From a virus (taxonomy: Duplodnaviria > Heunggongvirae > Uroviricota > Caudoviricetes): a DNA stretch of 64,000 bases. The DNA is taken from positions 1 to 64,000 of the IMG/VR virus record IMGVR_UViG_3300044798_000244; one strand, 5' to 3'. Every line of letters starts with the position of its first letter. The stretch's first letter is position 1. Below, piece after piece: positions 37,699 to 47,416 of this stretch. Below the pieces are notes generated by a model. That model was not told the DNA's origin. It searched no databases and was given only the letters and a program-made list of their open reading frames with translations. A program made the position numbers and the translations under genes.

Positions 37699-38478
37699 CT
37701 AGACACTTTCTTCGCCCCAGCCATCATCATCTTCGCCAGCTTCCTCGTCTTCCTCGTCTTCAGAAGAAGTTTCCTGGCCCGGATAAAGAGTTTTAGGATC
37801 TACATCTAAATACTTAGCAATCCTAACAATCTCAGAATAATTCCATCCTGGGCCGGTATTGGGCAAGCCTTCAAGTTCCGAATAATCTTCCAATCCTTTT
37901 AGATCAAGAGAAATTGCTTTTTGGAATTCTTTAACAAATTCTTGTTTGGAAACCTTTTGAAGTGTTTTTTGTATAAGAGATTTTATCTGCTTTTCAGGGG
38001 GGTCTCCATCATAAGCATCAAACAACTCTGTTAGCTTATCAACCTCAACTTCCACAACAGAAGTTTCAATTTTCCGAGGTTGAAAAGGAGTAAGAGCTTC
38101 CCATTTATTTTCTGGATTTACTTGAGGAATAAGAACCCTCCTCAACCAATCTGAAACAAGGAATTTTTGGTCTAATTCTGCAGGTAACTCCTCTCCTGTT
38201 TTAGCTACATCTCCAAACATTTTCTCTCGAGAGGGCAACTCAAATGGAACTTTCCCTTCCCTCTGCAATTTTCTTAAACTGTCAATCTCCTGTTTTGAAA
38301 AGTTCTTGTCTTCTTGGGGTTGCGTAGTAAATAATTTCTCCAAATCAACATGCCGAATATCCTGGGGCACTCGAAATATATAATTAGTAAAATTATCTTC
38401 GGAGTTCTCATTAAGAATAGCTAAGTTTTTTCTTAATAGAAGTTGAAAATCAAACATATCCATATTATTCACCCCCAC
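37699..38478 (-). CDS. hypothetical protein with an acidic C-terminal tail
   Basis: 259 aa. C-terminal SSEDEEDEEAGEDDDGWGEESV. Confidence 0.4.
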   Translation of the reverse strand: MGVNNMDMFDFQLLLRKNLAILNENSEDNFTNYIFRVPQDIRHVDLEKLFTTQPQEDKNFSKQEIDSLRKLQREGKVPFELPSREKMFGDVAKTGEELPAELDQKFLVSDWLRRVLIPQVNPENKWEALTPFQPRKIETSVVEVEVDKLTELFDAYDGDPPEKQIKSLIQKTLQKVSKQEFVKEFQKAISLDLKGLEDYSELEGLPNTGPGWNYSEIVRIAKYLDVDPKTLYPGQETSSEDEEDEEAGEDDDGWGEESV

Positions 38479-38660
38479 TATGATTTTAGGAAGTTAAGAA
38501 CAAATCCACCCACAATGCCCAGAAGCGCTGTGAATAATGCTAAGGTGTAAATCAAATGATGATGCAGATGGTTTGTGAAATGCGTTACTAGATCATCCAC
38601 CTTCACATTTAGTCCCAGCAAAAGATCATGGTCTGATTGAGATATCTTCTCAGGTCTCAT
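38478..38660 (-). CDS. small membrane protein
   Basis: 60 aa with a C-terminal transmembrane helix (LIYTLALFTALLGIVGGFVL). Its start codon overlaps the stop of 38665..38892. Confidence 0.35.
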   Translation of the reverse strand: MRPEKISQSDHDLLLGLNVKVDDLVTHFTNHLHHHLIYTLALFTALLGIVGGFVLNFLKS

Positions 38661-38664
38661 TTTC

Positions 38665-38892
38665 TTATCCTTGATTTGATGCTAAGCTACGAAAGTACTC
38701 TCGCTCTCGACGTGTTGCTTCAAGATCCAGTTCTTCGTATTTTGCAAACACAATTGCACACTCAAGAAGGTCTACAAGCTGATCTATTGGAGCAACATTT
38801 CTCGAAGGTACACCTAGACCTGAATTGCCTAGAACAGTAAGTAGCTCTTTGGCTCTTGTGTTCGCCAGCAGGATCTTCTCTTCTGTGGTCAT
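38665..38892 (-). CDS. hypothetical small protein
   Basis: 75-aa ORF. Confidence 0.3.
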   Translation of the reverse strand: MTTEEKILLANTRAKELLTVLGNSGLGVPSRNVAPIDQLVDLLECAIVFAKYEELDLEATRREREYFRSLASNQG

Positions 38893-39260
38893 TGATATGA
38901 ACCTATGATAACAAACCCAGCGACCACACTATGGATCTCTGGGGAGGATATAATCTAACTTAGAAGATTTCCACTTCTACTTCGTCCTTCACGAACAACC
39001 AAAAAATTCTGTGTTGATACTAGAACCCCATTTTCGTAGAACTTACCTACATAAGCACCAAGAGAGTGAAATAAACAATCAAAATAATACAATCCACCCC
39101 CCACCTCTGAAAGCTGTACTTGGCACAGAATACTTGACAGATCTTTATACACCAAATCTACTAAAACAACCAACAACTCTGTAAACGCTGTTGATCGGTA
39201 GAAGATTCTATAATGGCCTTTTGTGTAGATCTCAGCCATCTCAAATGCTCCACATCATTC

Positions 39261-39764
39261 CTACGAACACATTGGGGGAGTACTAAGAGAACCCACTTTC
39301 GTAGACAAAAAATCCAACTTTGTGTTAGCAGTATCAACTTTACCATCTACAGTTACTATCTTACCGTCTACCGTATCGATCTTACCGGTAGCTGTATCAA
39401 CCTTACCATCCACTGTAGTTACTGCTGAACTAACAGTTACGATCTTACCATCGACTGTATTAACTGCTGCACCAACAGAACTCACATTATAAGCACCAAC
39501 TGAGTAGCGCTTGAAAACCTGTCCATCACCTTCAGCATCATGATAGATAGCGAGCCAATCACCTACAGCATCGGGAGTAAATATACCAGTGTAGATGCCT
39601 GTAGCTCCTACCTCAACTAATTCCACATCTGGAAAATTTACTGCATCTTTCTGTCCTGTTGGAAGGTAAATCTCCGCAAGAACACCTACAAGCCCTGTCT
39701 CTCTATTAGGGGCTTGGTAGGTGAGCTCAACAGCTTCATTGACAAGTAGATTTTTCTCTGCCAT
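39261..39764 (-). CDS. fiber- or whisker-like protein with C-terminal heptad repeats (TVDGKxD)
   Basis: N-terminal beta domain. C-terminal heptads TVDGKVD/TATGKID/TVDGKIV/TVDGKVD/TANTKLD, consistent with a trimeric coiled coil or beta-roll. Confidence 0.4.
   Translation of the reverse strand: MAEKNLLVNEAVELTYQAPNRETGLVGVLAEIYLPTGQKDAVNFPDVELVEVGATGIYTGIFTPDAVGDWLAIYHDAEGDGQVFKRYSVGAYNVSSVGAAVNTVDGKIVTVSSAVTTVDGKVDTATGKIDTVDGKIVTVDGKVDTANTKLDFLSTKVGSLSTPPMCS
39321..39446. repeat. about six imperfect tandem 21-bp repeats that code the heptad repeats
   Basis: atcttaccgtctaccgtatcg / atcttaccggtagctgtatca / accttaccatccactgtagtt ... Confidence 0.7.
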
Positions 39765-39776
39765 TATGATTCCCCC

Positions 39777-40070
39777 TTACTCTGTTTTTCCTTCTGGTTT
39801 TAACAGCAAAGGAATTTTTTGATTTAGCGTATCAACTTTGCTATCCATCAATGTAATCTGACCACCTATGATCGTTATGTCTCCTTGTGTTAGCATTTGA
39901 AGCACTTGATCTATCTTAGATTCGATTACAAGTAGTTTAGCCCAGATCTGAGGAAGACCTTGTGTTGGACTGAGAAGGATATCTTTTATTCCTTTAAGTC
40001 CTTCTGCTTCTCCTTGAGCAAGTTCCCCTAACTCCGTAACAAGAAGTTCATATGAAGCTTGGGACGGCAT
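39777..40070 (-). CDS. hypothetical coiled-coil protein
   Basis: 97 aa. Confidence 0.3.
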   Translation of the reverse strand: MPSQASYELLVTELGELAQGEAEGLKGIKDILLSPTQGLPQIWAKLLVIESKIDQVLQMLTQGDITIIGGQITLMDSKVDTLNQKIPLLLKPEGKTE

Positions 40071-40092
40071 TCGCTACGCTCCAGAACTAAAA

Positions 40093-40290
40093 CTAAGTTG
40101 TGGTTTGAAGCTTCTCACAATCAGCAAGCAAAGATCGCTTCTCAGCTAACTCTGTTTCCAGTCGGGCAATCTCTGCTTCCAACTGCTCTTTCGAGAAGTT
40201 CCAAATCACAGATGGCTTAGTAATCCTAAATCTTTCCTGATCACCATCTACCAACTTCTCTAACATTCTATCACCAGACATTGAAATCAT
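40093..40290 (-). CDS. hypothetical coiled-coil protein
   Basis: 65 aa. Confidence 0.3.
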   Translation of the reverse strand: MISMSGDRMLEKLVDGDQERFRITKPSVIWNFSKEQLEAEIARLETELAEKRSLLADCEKLQTTT

Positions 40291-40291
40291 C

Positions 40292-40624
40292 TTACATCTC
40301 CTTCTCTGGAGCTGAATATCTCTTCTGGCCAGGACCTGACTTACCTGTAGATTTGCTTGGGAATGCTTTCTGATCTACAACAGGACCTTCATCTTCTTCA
40401 TCTGGCTCTTCATCATTAGAAGCAGAATTTTCAGATCCAATTTTGGTAACAAGGTCTTTAACTTGCTCTAGTGTTAAACCTAGTTCCTTAGCCAGAGTAG
40501 TTATAACACCGGTTACCATCTCTACTGGCTTAACTACAATATCAGATGATAGAGCATCTTCTTCTCCAGTTGTTTGAGTATCTTTAAGCAGCCCCTGAAA
40601 ATCAAACTCTCTATTATCGTCCAT
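40292..40624 (-). CDS. hypothetical acidic protein. The track ORF extends to 40753, but that start would overlap the upstream gene.
   Basis: An internal Met (MDDNREFDF...) gives a non-overlapping gene. Acidic C-terminal half. Confidence 0.3.
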   Translation of the reverse strand: MDDNREFDFQGLLKDTQTTGEEDALSSDIVVKPVEMVTGVITTLAKELGLTLEQVKDLVTKIGSENSASNDEEPDEEDEGPVVDQKAFPSKSTGKSGPGQKRYSAPEKEM

Positions 40625-40628
40625 ATTC

Positions 40629-41327
40629 TTACTTCCTTTCCACATGTATCTGTAGTCCTGTACTTTTTCCGTAGGCTTTCCGGAGTTCTTGCTTCTTTCC
40701 AGTGGCCTCTTCTCGATTAGTGAACGGACCAGCAACAAATTTCCAACGGGCAATTGCTATCCACTCTCCTTTTCGGTGTGTCAAAGGAAGTAGAGAAACA
40801 TACCAACCAGAATCTCTTGATTCTACTTCCTCTTGTTTGTTATAGAAACTCATTGCATAATCTTCTGAGCTCTCATCAATCTGTTGAGTTTGTTTGAGAA
40901 GCCTTTGAAAATCAGAGCCATTAGAAACATTCCTTTCGCTCATAATCTTAAATACTGTAGTATTTAGCTTCTCAAGAATCACTGGAATCAGCTTCTTGAA
41001 CTCAGTGGCACCCTTCTCACATTCAATCAACGCATGCGTTAAAAGACTTGACAGCCCTTTTAGAGCTGTATAATCTCCCACTGCCTTCTCCGATTGAATC
41101 TTCTCCAAAGTTGTATACACGCTCTTACCTTTCAGCTTCTCTACAAGCTGAGACAGGAGCTGTTGGTCAGTAGGAAGGCTACTGAGGATAGCTGTAGCCC
41201 TCTTGGAATGTCCAGAGTTTGCTGCGGTCTGGGCAGACTCAATAATCTTCTGGTACTGAGTACCTTCGAAGTACACCCTGGCGGACTGGATACGTCCCAG
41301 TAGTTTTATAGCTTCATCTGTAATCAC
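40629..41327 (-). CDS. hypothetical protein
   Basis: 232 aa. ATGA overlap with the protease gene stop. Confidence 0.4.
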   Translation of the reverse strand: MITDEAIKLLGRIQSARVYFEGTQYQKIIESAQTAANSGHSKRATAILSSLPTDQQLLSQLVEKLKGKSVYTTLEKIQSEKAVGDYTALKGLSSLLTHALIECEKGATEFKKLIPVILEKLNTTVFKIMSERNVSNGSDFQRLLKQTQQIDESSEDYAMSFYNKQEEVESRDSGWYVSLLPLTHRKGEWIAIARWKFVAGPFTNREEATGKKQELRKAYGKSTGLQIHVERK

Positions 41328-42115
41328 TTGTTCAGCTCCTCAAGAAGCTTCGGAAGACATTTGCTAATCTGATCTACACCGATGGCAAAACCTAGACCAA
41401 TGTTAAAAGGTCCAGGGATGATTCCTTCTGCGATTCCGATTAGCTCACCTCTCGTATTCACAACAGGACCACCTGAGTTACCAGGATTTAGTGCTGCATC
41501 AGTTTGGACATTAACTCCAGTTTCTTTATCAGGTTCACGAATGTTACTAACGATTCCTTGTGAAACAGAAAACTCCAGATCTAAAGGATTTCCAATCACA
41601 TACACTGTATCCCCTACCTTAACATCCAGAACCTCAGAAACCGGAAGAGCTTTTAGAGGTGTATTGGGATCAACCTTGCACACAGCAATATCTAGATTTG
41701 GATCAACTACAAACTTAGTAATAATCAGCTCTGTGCCATCAACAAGTGTAACAGATCCAACACCTTTTTCACCTAAATCCTCTACTACGTGCTTACAGGT
41801 GAGAATCACTCCTGAAGGATCAATCACTACACCAGAAGCTGAGGATGACCTCATCTTTCCGGTAAGGACGTTGAATACGCCGGTTTGGATTTCAATCATA
41901 ACAGTTGCAGGCACCACCTTTTCAAGCATGTAAGATGCAGGAGTAACCTCATCAGCAATGGTCATAATCGCTATCTGATCAACATCGACTCGATAATCCG
42001 TCCAGTTAATCTTACGATCTACTCCGAGCATCTGCCAGTTCAGAACTGCTGTATTGATACAAACTACAAGCGCTAACGTTACGAGCAGTGTTCTGATGAG
42101 CTTCTTCATAATCAT
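41324..42115 (-). CDS. membrane-anchored or secreted trypsin-like serine protease (S1, DegP-like, no PDZ domain)
   Basis: N-terminal hydrophobic anchor (LIRTLLVTLALVVCI). Catalytic triad context: TCKHVV (His), NLDIAVCKV (Asp), GNSGGPVV (Ser). Confidence 0.65.
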   Translation of the reverse strand: MIMKKLIRTLLVTLALVVCINTAVLNWQMLGVDRKINWTDYRVDVDQIAIMTIADEVTPASYMLEKVVPATVMIEIQTGVFNVLTGKMRSSSASGVVIDPSGVILTCKHVVEDLGEKGVGSVTLVDGTELIITKFVVDPNLDIAVCKVDPNTPLKALPVSEVLDVKVGDTVYVIGNPLDLEFSVSQGIVSNIREPDKETGVNVQTDAALNPGNSGGPVVNTRGELIGIAEGIIPGPFNIGLGFAIGVDQISKCLPKLLEELNK

Positions 42116-42299
42116 TCCTTCTGCTTCGAGGTGTGCATTACTTTCTTATCTGGAGAAGGCATTCAGTGATTTGTTGTTTTTTGAGAAGTGATTGAAAGGA
42201 CATAGAATCAGATCCTCTGTACTGTAGCGTATTATACTGTAAACAGGGGTCGGTTTGGGACAGAAAATCAAGAATTCTAAAGAATGTTTTGTGTGTGTG

Positions 42300-42602
42300 T
42301 TAGAAGAAAGCTTGATCTCGGGCTTTGGTCGTTACTGCGGGAACTGGTGGAACTTCCTTCTCTTCAACTCTACTACCTGGATTGGCCAGATCAGCTATCA
42401 CTGTATCCAACCACTCAAGGTATGCCTGTGCACACCCTTCATCTACAAAAGCAGAATACTCTCGTTTCTGAGCTTCCCTGTAATTCTTAAGAGCTGTTTG
42501 AATGTTCTGGACATTTTGAGTAGATGGATCAACTACCAGAGCAGCATCTGCTTTGTAGAAAGCTTCTGCAAATGATCCCACTGTCTCGAGAAGTGGTTTC
42601 AT
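42300..42602 (-). CDS. hypothetical protein
   Basis: 100-aa ORF. Confidence 0.35.
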   Translation of the reverse strand: MKPLLETVGSFAEAFYKADAALVVDPSTQNVQNIQTALKNYREAQKREYSAFVDEGCAQAYLEWLDTVIADLANPGSRVEEKEVPPVPAVTTKARDQAFF

Positions 42603-42605
42603 CTC

Positions 42606-42962
42606 TTACTCAACAAGAAACCTAAGATTTTGTGCTACGACAACAGCTTCAGGAAGATGCTTAAGCTTGTAATCTCCTGAGGGTAGAAACTTCAGAACAT
42701 CTCGTCCTGCTTTCTTAAGCGCTGCTATCTTGGCTTCAAGAACTCGAAGATCTGGCCACTTGTGGTTCTCATCACCTGATCCCCAGCAGTGGTCGCATAC
42801 TCCTGTAGTCATCATCTGACCTGATGGGCGATGCCGCCATGTTGAACCATCACCATAGGTTTGAGTCCCAAGACCTCCACACTGCTTACAAGGGGTATCA
42901 ACACCTCGCATCTGTAAAAAATCTTGAAGACATTGATCTCTAGTTTCATTTGTGCATTCCAT
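42606..42962 (-). CDS. hypothetical Cys-rich (zinc-binding) protein
   Basis: 118 aa with CKQCGG...CDHCWGSG. Confidence 0.35.
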   Translation of the reverse strand: MECTNETRDQCLQDFLQMRGVDTPCKQCGGLGTQTYGDGSTWRHRPSGQMMTTGVCDHCWGSGDENHKWPDLRVLEAKIAALKKAGRDVLKFLPSGDYKLKHLPEAVVVAQNLRFLVE

Positions 42963-43068
42963 ACTTATCTCTTTATTCCACTTCGGATAAGGAGTCCAAA
43001 ATAGGTGAACACAATAGCTAAGATGATCAACCTAACTACCTCAGTATCTAGAAGATCAAAGAGCATAT

Positions 43069-43545
43069 CTACTCCTCATCCTTCTCAAAGCTCTTCATCG
43101 GACACAGGTAAACCTCGGTCTCTTTAGCAAAATGCTCAACTACACCTGTAGTCAGATCTGCAGCAAATACCAAAGCTGCTCCATCGCCCCCTACGAGCAC
43201 AGCTCCTGCCTCCTGAGCCTTCTTCAGATCCAAGATATCCACGAGACCCTTTGTCAGGTCAATCACTTGATAAGCCTTCATCAGATTGATAGGCCGAAAG
43301 GTCTTCCCTACAGGAACATCTCCAACCTTCACCTTCGTATGTGTTTTCAGTTGTACTTCCACAGTTCGTCTCCTTCTTTTCTTCTTGTTAGGACAAGTAT
43401 GACACGCTTCGAGATCGTTCTGGTGAGGGCATCGTGTGCAATCCATTCTGGCACCTCTACTATACCTTCTCAATCTTTCTTCTTGTAGGTACACAAACCT
43501 TTTGAGCTCCAAGATGTTGACATTCTCCTGGACAAGAAAATCCAT
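43069..43545 (-). CDS. hypothetical protein with a CxxC...CxxC cluster. The start is possibly internal, near 43446.
   Basis: 158 aa with MDCTRCPHQNDLEACHTCPNKKKRRRR. Confidence 0.35.
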   Translation of the reverse strand: MDFLVQENVNILELKRFVYLQEERLRRYSRGARMDCTRCPHQNDLEACHTCPNKKKRRRRTVEVQLKTHTKVKVGDVPVGKTFRPINLMKAYQVIDLTKGLVDILDLKKAQEAGAVLVGGDGAALVFAADLTTGVVEHFAKETEVYLCPMKSFEKDEE

Positions 43546-43657
43546 CTTCTAATCGAGCTTGGTGTGGTTCTGCATGAGGACATTCTTCACAACCTGGAAC
43601 ATCCTTATGTGCACAAGCGACCCAGAAATACTTTTTAGTTCTATCTCTGTGTCTCAT
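43460..43657 (-). CDS. hypothetical small Cys/His-rich protein
   Basis: 65 aa with CAHKDVPGCEECPH...CPGECQH. Confidence 0.3.
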   Translation of the reverse strand: MRHRDRTKKYFWVACAHKDVPGCEECPHAEPHQARLEDGFSCPGECQHLGAQKVCVPTRRKIEKV

Positions 43658-44077
43658 CTACCAAATCTCCATACTAAATAGATGATACCCACAAAGTCAA
43701 TAAGCAGTTTCAGTGCACACCATATCAGAAGAAGTATGTCTGCTGTCTTCATGTGTATCAATCCTCATACTATTATCTGATCTGGCTTGTTACAACGTTG
43801 ATTTCTGGATGCTTCCAGCAGTAAAACTTACATGCTTCACAATCATCCTGACACACAAAGAAGTCCTCTGATCCTTTTGTTCCTTTAACCGCTTCCGATG
43901 AGCTAACAGGACAGGTCGCCATGCGAAGTGGCCTTTACAAGCATAGCACAGTACACTTCGCACCAAGGCGATGGGGTGCAGGTCTTCAGAGCTGGGAGGT
44001 TCCAGATCCCTACTGAGGAGGGCATTGTTGAATTGCCTGCTACCAAGAGATTTCTCATTCTGTCTGATCCTGGTTTG

Positions 44078-44461
44078 TTATTCAGGTAACCAAATATCAT
44101 TACCATTATTCTTTGTCTTCAAAGGGCTTGAGATATTTGGTCTGTCACAAGGAGTTCGACCCGTTTGGACCGAAAGGAAAAACCCTTCACGCGGGGTTCG
44201 GGCGTATAACTGATTGCTCTCTTCCACAATAGCATCACAAGCTCTTTGGAAGATGATATGCCCCGCATTCCAATTCCACACAGTTTCAGAATGTGCCCAG
44301 TTAATCGGTTTAATCAGAGCCCATCTAGTTGTAATTTTCCTAGTATGAATCAACAATCTAAAAAAATTAAGAACAAGCCGACCCTTTACAGTCTCAACTG
44401 GCCAACCTAATCGGTCCAGAAACCAAAACTTAACTGGCTCAACATTGTATGGTCTCCACAT
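44078..44461 (-). CDS. hypothetical protein
   Basis: 127 aa, Trp-rich. ATGA overlap with the upstream 63-aa ORF suggests translational coupling. Confidence 0.35.
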   Translation of the reverse strand: MWRPYNVEPVKFWFLDRLGWPVETVKGRLVLNFFRLLIHTRKITTRWALIKPINWAHSETVWNWNAGHIIFQRACDAIVEESNQLYARTPREGFFLSVQTGRTPCDRPNISSPLKTKNNGNDIWLPE

Positions 44462-44652
44462 CAGATGATCTCCAGATCCTGATAGTCAAACCACTGCACC
44501 CCATCAGAAGAGAGTAAGCAGTAGAGAGAACCTTTGAAATAGAACTGGCAGCGGTATGAGGCCAACAGACATTTCTGGGTTGAGACGCTTTGAACTTCTG
44601 TCTGCCCCAACTCAATGCTTTTTGCCATTTCGACTGTCATTTTACGAGACAT
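44461..44652 (-). CDS. hypothetical small protein
   Basis: 63 aa, coupled to 44078..44461. Confidence 0.3.
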   Translation of the reverse strand: MSRKMTVEMAKSIELGQTEVQSVSTQKCLLASYRCQFYFKGSLYCLLSSDGVQWFDYQDLEII

Positions 44653-44801
44653 ATTACGACTTTTCTAATACTAACCCTACTATTTGTACACTGTTCCCCG
44701 CCGGATCTGGATCACCTCTCACGTCCTTCGAAGTGAAAAATAAATGAACTCCAGATCCGGCGGTTCCCTTCAACCTCCATGTTATAAAACACATGCTTAA
44801 T

Positions 44802-45299
44802 TTACGAATTGTACTGTTTGACCTCTTGCACAAGGGCTTGGGTTTTCGGACTTTGGATACCCTCAATCAGGAGTTTATTGATTTCATCTTTCTGGGCTCT
44901 TCCGGCTTTCACCAAAGTATCCTTCACTTTCTGAGCACCAGCCACAACTTCTGAAAATCCGGTTTTGTACTTCTTAGCCTGTCGCAGCAGAAGAAATGCC
45001 AAACCGCCTAACAGCACGAGCACTCCGGCCAAAGCGATAATCGCTCCATACTTGGCAATTGTTAGCATTAAGACCAGTGTAGTAAGTCCTCCTACTACGA
45101 TAGGCAAACCAATAGTTGTTGCCCCCATTGTCATAGCAGCTACTCCACCTGCTGTAGCCAGAACAGCTCCCGCAGATAAAAGCTTTGATGGTGCACCTGG
45201 AACAGGAGGTATAGATCCCGGATTTGGTGATACTGCACATCCAAAAATGCCTATCACCAAGATCACGAACATCAACCAAATTCTTATCTTATCTCTCAT
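44802..45299 (-). CDS. polytopic membrane protein with a lipoprotein-type signal
   Basis: MRDKIRIWLMFVILVIGIFGC is a signal with a lipobox-like IFGC. Two Gly/Ala-rich transmembrane segments. Confidence 0.45.
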   Translation of the reverse strand: MRDKIRIWLMFVILVIGIFGCAVSPNPGSIPPVPGAPSKLLSAGAVLATAGGVAAMTMGATTIGLPIVVGGLTTLVLMLTIAKYGAIIALAGVLVLLGGLAFLLLRQAKKYKTGFSEVVAGAQKVKDTLVKAGRAQKDEINKLLIEGIQSPKTQALVQEVKQYNS

Positions 45300-45312
45300 C
45301 TCTCAATCCTTT

Positions 45313-45549
45313 CTACTCTTTGAATGCTGTACACTTCGTGAATGGTGTGGGTCTGATGCTTTCTACTTGTTGATTCAAACATAGTCCCATGGGGCAACCT
45401 TCTGCTCCGAGGTTGTAACACACGTGACAATTCTTCAGATCAACAGATTCACCACCTACGTTGATTACCCCTGAACTCTTATTAACCATCACCATCCTAA
45501 TTTCACTCCTACTAGTTGTTCTCCCTGATGCGCTTAGGCTCTGCTCCAT
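45313..45549 (-). CDS. hypothetical small protein
   Basis: 78 aa. Confidence 0.3.
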   Translation of the reverse strand: MEQSLSASGRTTSRSEIRMVMVNKSSGVINVGGESVDLKNCHVCYNLGAEGCPMGLCLNQQVESIRPTPFTKCTAFKE

Positions 45550-45659
45550 TCCTCAAGGCTTGCTTGGCCCTAACACAGTCTTGCTTTCTACGGAGCTTAT
45601 CTCTCCTGTCTTTACTATCATCATAATAGTCAGAAGTCCGTCTAATTGTACGACTCATA

Positions 45660-46208
45660 CTAGTACCAATCCTCTGCATTTACTTGTTGATTACTCAGAA
45701 CGAATGTGATGATTTTCTCTCTGAGTGACAATTGATTCCACATCGTCTGAATTGACTTTGTCACATAACTTTTCCAAGTATGCTCTCCTCTCTTATCTTT
45801 CCACTGGACACTTTCCAAGTAATCAACAAAGTCCTCTTCTGAAGATCCAGGGATGATGTGGTACGGAAGCAATACTTGGACACCTTCAATGATACTTTCC
45901 TGTTTGATTTTAGTCCAGGTGATGTTTCCAGTATTTCTGATAGTCAGTTGATAGGTATCCCAGAGGTTAGGACTGGTCTCGACATATATGCCCACTCGAC
46001 ATTCACCTCGGAGGAGCGAGTAGATATTATTGCAAGTCTTTTCCTCTCTGACATCTATATTTATCGGACCTATACCTGCATTCTCAAGGCTTCTCCTAAC
46101 AGCTTTAACCATTAACTGCCGGTTTCTGGTGTTGTTCTCTACGAACATAAACTGATCAATGGCTTGACGGACAGTGTTCTCAACTTTCTTGGTTCGGCTT
46201 ATCCCCAT
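45660..46208 (-). CDS. hypothetical protein
   Basis: 182 aa. Confidence 0.4.
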   Translation of the reverse strand: MGISRTKKVENTVRQAIDQFMFVENNTRNRQLMVKAVRRSLENAGIGPINIDVREEKTCNNIYSLLRGECRVGIYVETSPNLWDTYQLTIRNTGNITWTKIKQESIIEGVQVLLPYHIIPGSSEEDFVDYLESVQWKDKRGEHTWKSYVTKSIQTMWNQLSLREKIITFVLSNQQVNAEDWY

Positions 46209-46223
46209 TTGGTTTTTCCTCTA

Positions 46224-46604
46224 CTACCTCAACCTCAAGTGCCCTGCTCGAACTCGGGTAACTCGGGTGATGTCATCTGGATCATTCTTGACAAATGTAG
46301 TTTCGATCACGACTGAGTCTTCAAGACCTTCGAACTCGTGCAAGACTCTTGGTGGAATATCTCCGTGGCTCTCTCCTTCTTCTACAGCACATGTGGATAG
46401 AGAGCAATCAGGGTATTGAAATCGAATCACAATTCTTCCACTTACTACATGAAAACGATTATACTTGCTATTGTGAAAATGCCAAGAACAAACCCCGCCT
46501 TTCTTTATCTTTAAGAGATTAACACTAACAGTGTCGTTCCTAAAGATCTCACAAGTCTCACCCCATATCTTCTGGTTCATACTACATTCCTCTACGTACA
46601 CCAT
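46224..46604 (-). CDS. cupin-fold protein
   Basis: KGGVCSWHFHNSKYNRFHVVSGRIVIRF is a typical cupin motif region. Confidence 0.4.
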   Translation of the reverse strand: MVYVEECSMNQKIWGETCEIFRNDTVSVNLLKIKKGGVCSWHFHNSKYNRFHVVSGRIVIRFQYPDCSLSTCAVEEGESHGDIPPRVLHEFEGLEDSVVIETTFVKNDPDDITRVTRVRAGHLRLR

Positions 46605-47059
46605 AGAACTTAGGTGGTATAGGTAGTATGTGCAAAACTACACTGCGCTTGATGATTCCGTTCTTATATGTCTGCATAGTTGGGGATGGACAGCACTCTG
46701 GACATTCCGGAAAACTACAACAGCACTTAAAGGGCAAATCACTTGGTAAGAATTCAGGTGGTTTTATCTTCTGAATCATAATCATCGTACCAATCCTCTT
46801 CTCTTGGAGCTCTTCAGTAGTGGTGACGTCGTATATCGCTTTTCATTCGCTCTACCCTTGTTCAGTATCTTTATTACCTCGTCCTGCTGCGTACCTTCTG
46901 GTAAGGTAGGCTCTCGGCTTCGAGCCGGAGCCGCATCGGCCAGCGCTTGGCTTCCTGCACTGATATCGACCCGTAGTGGTAAAGCCCATGTTACAAGGTA
47001 CAGCAAACCAAATACGGACCATCTCAGTTAAGTAATACCAGAGCTTCTTGGTCATCTCG

Positions 47060-47410
47060 TTAATTTCCTATTTTATTCTTACTACTCTCTTCTCTCAGAA
47101 AGCTGATGAACCGCTTTCCGAACCGCTCTTCGGCTACGACCAGAGGTATCAGAACTTCACTAGTATGTTGGTGCCACCCTGACTCTTGACTATTACCTAA
47201 CTTATAAGTTCCACCCTCCTGAATATCTGAGTAGATCCTATTAGTTCTAATTACGACCATCACAGACCGTAGCTCGTTACTCTTCGGATCCCTGAACTCT
47301 TCCACTCGGACAGGAAACCAAGATCTTTCGATAATGAACCAGCGATGTTCCTCTGGTGGAGTAAACCACCTCTTGTAGATCCAATTTTGTATTTTTTTCC
47401 AGATCTTCAT
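47060..47410 (-). CDS. hypothetical protein
   Basis: 116 aa. Confidence 0.35.
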   Translation of the reverse strand: MKIWKKIQNWIYKRWFTPPEEHRWFIIERSWFPVRVEEFRDPKSNELRSVMVVIRTNRIYSDIQEGGTYKLGNSQESGWHQHTSEVLIPLVVAEERFGKRFISFLREESSKNKIGN

Positions 47411-47416
47411 ATTTGC

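Noticed and set aside
42231-42236. TATAAT-like hexamers (minus sense) upstream of several genes, for example at 42231, 49827, 2795 and 30345
   Set aside because: Most lie within 5-15 nt of the start codon, or lack any -35 element at 16-19 nt spacing. This probably reflects AT-rich leader composition and not promoters. Only the 57241..57270 case was kept, at low confidence.
44654-44866. 70-aa minus ORF spanning the 14-bp inverted repeat
   Set aside because: Basic and low-complexity. It overlaps the end of 44802..45299 and coincides with a strongly structured, probably non-coding, element.
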